The notes below the pieces were generated by a model. It was given only the letters and a program-made list of their open reading frames with translations. It did no database searches and had not been told where the DNA came from. A DNA stretch of 9,872 nucleotides from a virus (Duplodnaviria > Heunggongvirae > Uroviricota > Caudoviricetes), in the IMG/VR virus record IMGVR_UViG_2671180724_000011, one strand, 5' to 3'. Shown here in pieces: positions 4,026-9,872 of this stretch; the first letter of the stretch is position 1; each line of letters opens with the position of its first letter. Position numbers and translations under genes: made by a program.

Positions 4026-6824
4026 ATGTGGGGAAGTGAAAACAAACAAAATCTGGACGTACTGGATCCTGTGCAGTTGGTGCGTATCGAAGCGGTACAC
4101 CGGGGGTTCCTTTACCAGCATCTTTACGCTGTAGGCTGCTTACTTTTGGCGCAGAGGGCAGCTATGGACTCAGTAACTGTCGAGCTTGATGAGGATATTG
4201 AGCTGAAATCCAAACAGGAACGTCTCTACATTCAGGTTAAAACCCGTTCAAAACCTATTATGCCCAACGATGTGTCGGGGGCTCTGGAGCGATTTGTAAA
4301 GCTCAGAAATGAGCATACTTCGGCAAACCGCGAAGGGGTGGCTTCTTTTGTGATTATTGTAAACCAGGCGCCTGGACCGCTGCTTCAGAAGATGATTGAC
4401 GATAAAAAGCTTCCTTCTGATGTTCTTATTGTCTGGCCCCAGTCGACAGCTGGACGTCACCCGGCACTTCCGCCCGCATGGAGTACTCTGGCTGATGCGG
4501 CCACATGGTGTATCGCAGAAGCAGAAAAGCTGAAATTTTCACTATTGTCCCCAGAATCCTTGATTTGGAAGTTAGCAGGATTGGTTCAGCTTGCCGCCAC
4601 CGGAGGCGATACCAATGGACAACATACGTTTTTCACGGAAGAACTTACTGAACTATTTGAACAGTTGATCGTTCAGCTACAGGACTTTCCTGCACCACCA
4701 GCACTGTACCGCCCACAGAACGAAGAACCTTCTCTCACATCTGGTGAGCGGATCCGTATCCTTTGTGGACTCTCAGGTGCAGGCAAGACAGCTTGGGCCG
4801 CACAGGCCGCATTACACTCCACTGCACTTTGTGCTTATTACGACACCGGTGATCTTCCCGGTCCAGCTCTGGCCAGTACGCTGGTGCGCGAGATGGCTGC
4901 TAGATTTACAGCCCGTGACCAAGACGGTTTGCGCAGGATTTTGCTCCCCGGTGCCAGTGGTTTTGAGGCTCTTAGGAGTTTTGATACCTACCTGAAAGAG
5001 CAGGGTACCACCTTGGTGCTGGTTCTGGATAACGCCCATCGTGTACCTGCGGAAAATCTACTGGATGTTCTGAATGCAACTACACATATTCGTTTTGTGC
5101 TGTTGTGCCAGCCTCACGAAAACGTTCGCGAACTGGAGGTCATGACGGGGCTACAGCGCGAGGGCCTGCAGGGATGGAATCTCGATACGGTAGCTGTCGT
5201 TGTAAACGATATCGGAGGATTTGCCACCGCTATGGGATACGAGCAGCTACGGGCTTACACTGGTGGTCTTCCCCTGTATGTAGAGAGCGCCGCAAAAATC
5301 GCCGTTTCTGATTATGAGCGTAATGTCGATGCTCTGTGTGCTGAACTCCAGCAACAAACCCATACTGCGGAAACCGCCCAAGAAATTATTCTGTCACGTG
5401 TATTTCAGGGATTTGAATCACTACTTCAGAGCGCGCTGGCATTGTTCAGTCTCTCTGACGTAGGGCTGAGTCGCGAAGAGATTTCTACGCTCCTAATCAA
5501 TTCGCTGAACATTTCACCAAGCAGTGCTGCTTCTTTAATTAGGAAAATGCGCGCTACTGGCACTATTGAAATTTATGGAAACCAGACCCTGAAGGTACAT
5601 GATGCTGTCAGGGGGCTAGGACTGCAACATCTGGAACTGATGGATCAGGGTATATCGAACAAAGCGCTACTAGCGCTGAAAGACCTTTTAGTTGAAAGTC
5701 TTCATAATACCCGCAATACAAAACGGTTATCGTTGTTGACTCAACTTTATATTAAGCTCAATGATGTCACGACGTTGATCGAACTCTCAGGCCAAGAAAT
5801 GTTTTATGAGATGGGCGTGACGGTCGACATTCTTGCAAGCTTGGAGCGTGCTGCAACATCGGACTTATTGGGACCTGTTCATAAATTCTGGGCATTGGAT
5901 GGCCTTGTTTTCGTTGAGCTTAAAGACGGAATATCCGACCACATTGCTCAGAGGTTAAACATCATGGGAGCTTTACTTGCGGAGCACAAGTTCGGCTATC
6001 AAGAAGAGATGGCCTATGCAATGAAACGAATGTTATTTTCGGCAGAAAGCAATGATGCACGAGAAGTTCAAAAGCTGGCACAGGAAGTCCGCCCCCAACT
6101 CCCAGATGAAGAACATAAACGCATCTTTGACTACAACCATGCCATTGCACTCTGGAGATTAAAAAAACTCAAGGATGCTGAAACATTAAGCTGTAATGTT
6201 ATACAAGGGTACTATTCTTTATTTGGTATCACACCTGCTGATGTCATAGGAAAAAACGCCGACGCATTATGGAAAACTATTAATCATTCCGAAAATATGC
6301 AGGAACACTTTAAACATATGGCTGATGCTCTGGAGTTGCTGGCCAGAATTCGTGATGCGCAGGGAAAACTGTCACCATTACTGCGTATTCATTCGATGAA
6401 GTTCTACAATCTGGCCATGGCCCCGGAATCCATGGTCAGGGTGGGCCAAGATCTGGCGGATGAGTTTGTTGCCATAAAGGATTACGACGGTGCCAAGGAA
6501 GTCATGGAGCAACATGTCCTGCCGGTTGTCAATGAGGCAGGTCTAGTACATCGACTGATTCAGGTTCGAAGCCAATACGCAGTCATATTAGCACTATCGG
6601 GTCAGCATAAAGCAGCTGATGTCGAAATGCAGCGCCTTGCTCCCTATATCGAAGGCCTCACAGGTGTACAGCGTCAAGAAATCCAAAATCAATCAAATTA
6701 CATCGTACAGCTTGCCCATAAAGCAGCAAAGACTAAATTAACTGAAGTTTTTGGTGCGGTCGGCCGGAATGAACAATGCCCCTGTGGCTCGGGAATAAAG
6801 TACAAAAAATGTCACGGTGCCTGA
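4026..6824 (+). CDS. 932-aa multidomain P-loop NTPase: N-terminal restriction-endonuclease-like region, central Walker A/B NTPase (STAND/AAA+-like), helical C-terminal region, terminal SEC-C-type zinc motif; candidate antiphage defense protein
   Basis: ATG 4026 with AAGGA 7 nt upstream; uninterrupted 2799-nt ORF; Walker A GLSGAGKT (aa 248-255, nt 4767-4790); Walker B-like LVLVLDNAH (aa 330-338); N-terminal RGFLYQ...VELDEDIEL...IQVK (aa 26-72); C-terminal CPCGSGIKYKKCHG (nt 6777-6818). Confidence 0.9.
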   Translation: MWGSENKQNLDVLDPVQLVRIEAVHRGFLYQHLYAVGCLLLAQRAAMDSVTVELDEDIELKSKQERLYIQVKTRSKPIMPNDVSGALERFVKLRNEHTSANREGVASFVIIVNQAPGPLLQKMIDDKKLPSDVLIVWPQSTAGRHPALPPAWSTLADAATWCIAEAEKLKFSLLSPESLIWKLAGLVQLAATGGDTNGQHTFFTEELTELFEQLIVQLQDFPAPPALYRPQNEEPSLTSGERIRILCGLSGAGKTAWAAQAALHSTALCAYYDTGDLPGPALASTLVREMAARFTARDQDGLRRILLPGASGFEALRSFDTYLKEQGTTLVLVLDNAHRVPAENLLDVLNATTHIRFVLLCQPHENVRELEVMTGLQREGLQGWNLDTVAVVVNDIGGFATAMGYEQLRAYTGGLPLYVESAAKIAVSDYERNVDALCAELQQQTHTAETAQEIILSRVFQGFESLLQSALALFSLSDVGLSREEISTLLINSLNISPSSAASLIRKMRATGTIEIYGNQTLKVHDAVRGLGLQHLELMDQGISNKALLALKDLLVESLHNTRNTKRLSLLTQLYIKLNDVTTLIELSGQEMFYEMGVTVDILASLERAATSDLLGPVHKFWALDGLVFVELKDGISDHIAQRLNIMGALLAEHKFGYQEEMAYAMKRMLFSAESNDAREVQKLAQEVRPQLPDEEHKRIFDYNHAIALWRLKKLKDAETLSCNVIQGYYSLFGITPADVIGKNADALWKTINHSENMQEHFKHMADALELLARIRDAQGKLSPLLRIHSMKFYNLAMAPESMVRVGQDLADEFVAIKDYDGAKEVMEQHVLPVVNEAGLVHRLIQVRSQYAVILALSGQHKAADVEMQRLAPYIEGLTGVQRQEIQNQSNYIVQLAHKAAKTKLTEVFGAVGRNEQCPCGSGIKYKKCHGA

Positions 6825-7044
6825 GTCTTTGTACGACCATGCGGGCCTTATTGTCTTGCTATTGCTCTTATGGTTCGCCTTTCTGATTGATTTCATATTG
6901 GCGAGGTGACGGGAGTTAAGTAGAATGGCTGCGGGTGCTTGAGGCTATCTGTCTCAGGCATGAACACCAAAGGCAGATAGAGAAAAGCCCCAGTTAACAT
7001 TACGCGTCCTGCAAGACGCTTAACATTAATCTGAGGCTCAATCT

Positions 7045-7257
7045 ATGAACGGCAAATCTAGGTTAGCCTCTTACGTGCCGAAAGGCAAGGAGAAGCAGGC
7101 TATGAAGCAGCAAAAGGCGATGTTAATCGTCCTGATCGTCATCTGTTTAACCGTCATAGTGACGGCACTGGTAACGAGGAAAGACCTCTGCGAGGTACGA
7201 ATCCGAACCGGCCAGACGGAGGTCGCTGTCTTCACAGCTTACGAACCTGAGGAGTAA
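7045..7257 (+). CDS. mok-like in-frame upstream extension of hok (70 aa)
   Basis: ATG 7045 in frame with hok and sharing its stop, as I recall for chromosomal mok/hok pairs such as mokC/hokC. Confidence 0.45.
   Translation: MNGKSRLASYVPKGKEKQAMKQQKAMLIVLIVICLTVIVTALVTRKDLCEVRIRTGQTEVAVFTAYEPEE
7102..7257 (+). CDS. hokD: Hok/Gef-family type I toxin, HokD (RelF)-like, 51 aa
   Basis: MKQQKAMLIVLIVICLTVIVTALVTRKDLCEVRIRTGQTEVAVFTAYEPEE is near-identical to the HokD sequence as I remember it; single transmembrane helix and conserved C-terminal Cys/Tyr segment; stop TAA 7255-7257. Confidence 0.85.
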   Translation: MKQQKAMLIVLIVICLTVIVTALVTRKDLCEVRIRTGQTEVAVFTAYEPEE

Positions 7258-7327
7258 GAGACCAGGCGGGGGAGAAATCCCTCGCCACCTCTGATGTGTC
7301 AGGCATCCTCAATGCACCCGCACTTAA

Positions 7328-7352
7328 CCCGCTTCGGCGGGTTTTGTTTTTT
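7328..7352 (+). terminator. Rho-independent terminator after hok (CCCGC-TTCG-GCGGG followed by TTTTGTTTTTT)
   Basis: GC stem 7328-7332 / 7337-7341 with 4-nt loop and an 11-nt T-rich tract. Confidence 0.75.
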
Positions 7353-7424
7353 CCTGGCATTCTGGTTTACAATTCGCACGCCAGCCTGAACAACTGGCAC
7401 CTGCTGCGCCAGCAGAGACAACCG

Positions 7425-7703
7425 ATGGCGCACGATACCAAATTACACAATTCTAATGATTCTGCTGTCTTTGCCAGCAGGTGCGGACGGCGTTTTCACG
7501 CATTCACATCAGACTGGTTCCAGCATCCTCCATGCACTGAAGAGCAGGCTGAATGGATAATTCAGTGTTACCGCAGGCGTGGATACGAGGTTAAGAAAGC
7601 TCTTAGTCTCGACTATCGTCACTGGATAATCTCAGTCAGACTCCCTTACTCCGAACGCCCACCGCGTCCGTCCCGCACATTCCAGCAACGCATCTGGAGG
7701 TAA
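7425..7703 (+). CDS. small prophage protein, copy 1 (92 aa), in the rem position downstream of hokD
   Basis: ATG 7425; the track's longer 7296 start would run through the hok terminator; C-terminal 70 aa nearly identical to copies 2 and 3, N-terminal 24 aa diverged. Confidence 0.65.
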   Translation: MAHDTKLHNSNDSAVFASRCGRRFHAFTSDWFQHPPCTEEQAEWIIQCYRRRGYEVKKALSLDYRHWIISVRLPYSERPPRPSRTFQQRIWR

Positions 7704-7704
7704 C

Positions 7705-8076
7705 GTGCGGGTATTACTTCGACCTGTTCTGGTACCGGAACTCGGGCTGGTGATCGTTAAGCCGGGCCGTGAATCCATGCCGGTATTCCACAATACCCGG
7801 GTACTGGTGGAGCCGGAACCGAAAAGCATGCGTAATCTGCCGTCCGGGGTCGTTCCTGCCGTTCGCCAGCCGCTGGTGGAAGACAAAACATTGCTGCCGT
7901 TTTTCAGTAACGCACGGGTGATTCGTGCTGCTGGTGGTGCTGGTGCATTGTCTGACTGGCTGTTGCGCCATATTAAATCCTGCCAGTGGCCACACGGCGA
8001 TTATCATCACAGCGAAACCGTCATTCACCGTTATGGTACCGGCGCAATGGTGTTGTGCTGGCACTGCGACAACCAG
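7705..8076 (+). CDS. GTG-start protein, copy 1, truncated by an N-run; possibly DUF968/YdfU-like
   Basis: GGAGG then TAA stop of the upstream gene then GTG 7705 (coupled); Cys/His-rich segment HIKSCQWPHGDYHH...CWHCDNQ; ORF runs into Ns at 8077. Confidence 0.55.
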
Positions 8077-8087
8077 NNNNNNNNNNN
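8077..8087. other. run of 11 N (gap or masked bases)
   Basis: Literal n characters in the sequence. Confidence 1.
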
Positions 8088-8182
8088 CAGGCTTTTCAGC
8101 TTTTGCAGAAGAATAAACTCATCTACAATCTTGCGCGGGGCTGAACTCCCGCTGAGTAACACCGTGCCACCGGAGAAAACCG

Positions 8183-8461
8183 ATGGCACGCAACGTAAAA
8201 TATTACAATTCTGATAATTCGCCCGTTCTTGCCTGCACGCACGAGCGGTATTCTCACGCATTCAAGTCTGAATGGTTCCAACACCCTCCATGTACTGAAG
8301 AGCAGGCTGAATGGATAATTCAGTGTTACCGCAGGCGCGGATACGAGGTTAAGAAAGCCCTTAGTCTCGACTACCGTCACTGGATAATCTCCGTCAGGCT
8401 TCCTTACTCTGAACGCCCACCGCGTCCGTCTCGCACATTCCAGCAACGCATCTGGAGGTAA
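8183..8461 (+). CDS. small prophage protein, copy 2 (92 aa)
   Basis: ATG 8183 with GGAG 7 nt upstream; identical in protein sequence to copy 3 over its full length. Confidence 0.7.
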   Translation: MARNVKYYNSDNSPVLACTHERYSHAFKSEWFQHPPCTEEQAEWIIQCYRRRGYEVKKALSLDYRHWIISVRLPYSERPPRPSRTFQQRIWR

Positions 8462-8462
8462 C

Positions 8463-9076
8463 GTGCGGGTATTACTTCGACCTGTTCTGGTACCGGAACT
8501 CGGGCTGGTGATCGTTAAGCCGGGCCGTGAATCCATGCCGGTATTCCACAATACCCGGGTACTGGTGGAGCCGGAACCGAAAAGCATGCGTAATCTGCCG
8601 TCCGGGGTCGTTCCTGCCGTTCGCCAGCCGCTGGTGGAAGACAAAACATTGCTGCCGTTTTTCAGTAACGCACGGGTAATTCGTGCTGCTGGTGGTGCTG
8701 GTGCATTGTCTGACTGGCTGTTGTGCCATATTAAATCCTGCCAGTGGCCACACGGCGATTATCATCACAGCGAAACCGTCATTCACCGTTATGGTACCGG
8801 CGCAATGGTGTTGTGCTGGCACTGCGACAACCAGCTGCGTGACCAGACATCCGAATCACTCGGGCAACTTGCTCATCAAAACCTGTCAGCATGGATGATT
8901 GACGTCATCGGTCACGCAATAAGCGGTACGCAGGAGCGTGAATTATCTTTGGCTGAATTATCCTGGTGGGCGGTCCGCAATCAGGTGGCGGACGCGCTAC
9001 CGGAAGCGGTATTACGTCGTTCGCTGGGGTTGCGTGCGGAAAAAATCCGCTCAATGTACCGTGAAAGCGACATCGT
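8463..9076 (+). CDS. GTG-start protein, copy 2, truncated by an N-run after about 204 codons; possibly DUF968/YdfU-like
   Basis: Same coupled GTG start; extends about 80 codons beyond the point where copy 1 is cut; runs into Ns at 9077. Confidence 0.6.
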
Positions 9077-9087
9077 NNNNNNNNNNN
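9077..9087. other. run of 11 N (gap or masked bases)
   Basis: Literal n characters; exactly 1000 bp from the first N-run. Confidence 1.
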
Positions 9088-9182
9088 CAGGCTTTTCAGC
9101 TTTTGCAGAAGAATAAACTCATCTACAATCTTGCGCGGGGCTGAACTCCCGCTGAGTAACACCGTGCCACCGGAGAAAACCG

Positions 9183-9461
9183 ATGGCACGCAACGTAAAA
9201 TATTACAATTCTGATAATTCGCCCGTTCTTGCCTGCACGCACGAGCGGTATTCTCACGCATTCAAGTCTGAATGGTTCCAACACCCTCCATGTACTGAAG
9301 AGCAGGCTGAATGGATAATTCAGTGTTACCGCAGGCGCGGATACGAGGTTAAGAAAGCCCTTAGTCTCGACTACCGTCACTGGATAATCTCCGTCAGGCT
9401 TCCTTACTCTGAACGCCCACCGCGTCCGTCTCGCACATTCCAGCAACGCATCTGGAGGTAA
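9183..9461 (+). CDS. small prophage protein, copy 3 (92 aa)
   Basis: Exactly 1000 bp downstream of copy 2; identical protein sequence. Confidence 0.7.
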   Translation: MARNVKYYNSDNSPVLACTHERYSHAFKSEWFQHPPCTEEQAEWIIQCYRRRGYEVKKALSLDYRHWIISVRLPYSERPPRPSRTFQQRIWR

Positions 9462-9462
9462 C

Positions 9463-9872
9463 GTGCGGGTATTACTTCGACCTGTTCTGGTACCGGAACT
9501 CGGGCTGGTGATCGTTAAGCCGGGCCGTGAATCCATGCCAGTATTCCACAATACCCGGGTATTGATGGAGCCGGAACCGAAAAGCATGCGTAATCTGCCG
9601 TCCGGGGTCGTTCCTGCCGTTCGCCAGCCGCTGGAGGAAGACAAAACATTGCTGCCGTTTTTCAGTAACGCACGGGTGATTCGTGCTGCTGGTGGTGCTG
9701 GTGCATTGTCTGACTGGCTGTTGCGCCATATTAAATCCTGCCAGTGGCCACACGGCGATTATCATCACAGCGAAACCGTCATTCACCGTTATGGTACCGG
9801 CGCAATGGTGTTGTGCTGGCACTGCGACAACCAGTTGCGTGACCAGACCTCCGAATCACTCGAGCAACTTGC
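9463..9872 (+). CDS. GTG-start protein, copy 3, partial (runs off the window end); possibly DUF968/YdfU-like
   Basis: GTG 9463 with the same coupled context; no stop before the window end, so absent from the ORF track; a handful of substitutions relative to copy 2. Confidence 0.6.
   Translation, partial: MRVLLRPVLVPELGLVIVKPGRESMPVFHNTRVLMEPEPKSMRNLPSGVVPAVRQPLEEDKTLLPFFSNARVIRAAGGAGALSDWLLRHIKSCQWPHGDYHHSETVIHRYGTGAMVLCWHCDNQLRDQTSESLEQL

Larger units (their letters stand above)
8088..9872. repeat. tandem direct repeat, unit exactly 1000 bp (8088-9087 and 9088-9872), with a more diverged partial copy at about 7425-8076
   Basis: Landmarks recur at +1000 (ATG 8183/9183, GTG 8463/9463, N-runs 8077/9077); copies 2 and 3 differ at only a few positions; copy 1 is clearly more diverged, most strongly at the small gene's N-terminus. 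Confidence 0.85.

Noticed and set aside
4248-6150. Short ORFs inside the 932-aa gene (4248-4460 -, 4744-4995 +, 4812-5039 -, 5105-5311 +, 5962-6150 -)
   Set aside because: Embedded in or antisense to an uninterrupted 2.8-kb ORF with clear NTPase motifs; no support for independent genes.
7296-7424. N-terminal extension of the 135-aa ORF starting at 7296
   Set aside because: It would run through the hok intrinsic terminator at 7328-7352; the homologous copies start at the internal Met (MAHDT... / MARNV...), which has an RBS in copies 2 and 3.
7925-9261. ORFs containing XXXX (plus 7925-8116 and 8938-9144, minus 8031-8261 and 8905-9261) and the extended ends of 7705-8214 and 8463-9116
   Set aside because: They read through the 11-N runs, so their continuity is an artefact; the real genes are truncated at 8076 and 9076.
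7632-9644. Minus-strand ORFs 7632-7886, 8123-8644 and 9123-9644 (84-173 aa; Ser/Thr/Gly/Arg-rich)
   Set aside because: Antisense to better-supported plus-strand genes that have RBS, translational coupling and conservation across the three copies; low-complexity composition typical of shadow ORFs in GC-rich coding DNA.
7714-9822. Minus-strand 116-aa ORFs 7714-8064, 8472-8822, 9472-9822
   Set aside because: Entirely antisense to the GTG-start gene copies, with no RBS evident; the plus-strand frame is longer and coupled to the upstream gene.
8088-9872. Interpreting the 1-kb tandem repeats as a mobile element or IS with terminal repeats
   Set aside because: No transposase-like ORF and no inverted terminal repeats; the units are direct, in phase, and contain ordinary prophage genes, so they are better explained by tandem duplication or an assembly artefact.

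Overview
This window reads as the early/immunity region of a lambdoid prophage of the E. coli Qin/Rac mosaic type, with one large non-phage-like cargo gene. Left to right: a leftward operon of three small genes (ydfC/ydfB/ydfA-like, minus strand), a leaderless CI/DicA-like repressor (minus) flanked on both sides by paired palindromic operators, then rightward a Cro/YdaS-like gene, a YdaT-like gene, and a replication-initiator gene that carries phased GTCACG iterons internally and appears frameshifted. A second small gene is interrupted at an A8 homopolymer. After a ~245 bp AT-rich spacer comes a solitary 932-aa ORF (4026-6824) combining an N-terminal restriction-endonuclease-like region, a P-loop NTPase, a long helical region and a C-terminal SEC-C-type zinc motif. 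I consider this the most interesting object: a candidate single-gene antiphage defense protein sitting where E. coli K-12 Qin (from memory) carries relBE upstream of hokD. It is followed by a mok/hok (HokD-like) type I toxin and terminator, then three tandem copies of a two-gene unit (rem-position 92-aa gene plus a GTG-start gene, possibly DUF968/YdfU-like). Copies 2 and 3 are exactly 1000 bp apart and are interrupted by two 11-N runs, which looks like an assembly or scaffolding problem. All family names are from sequence recollection, not searches.
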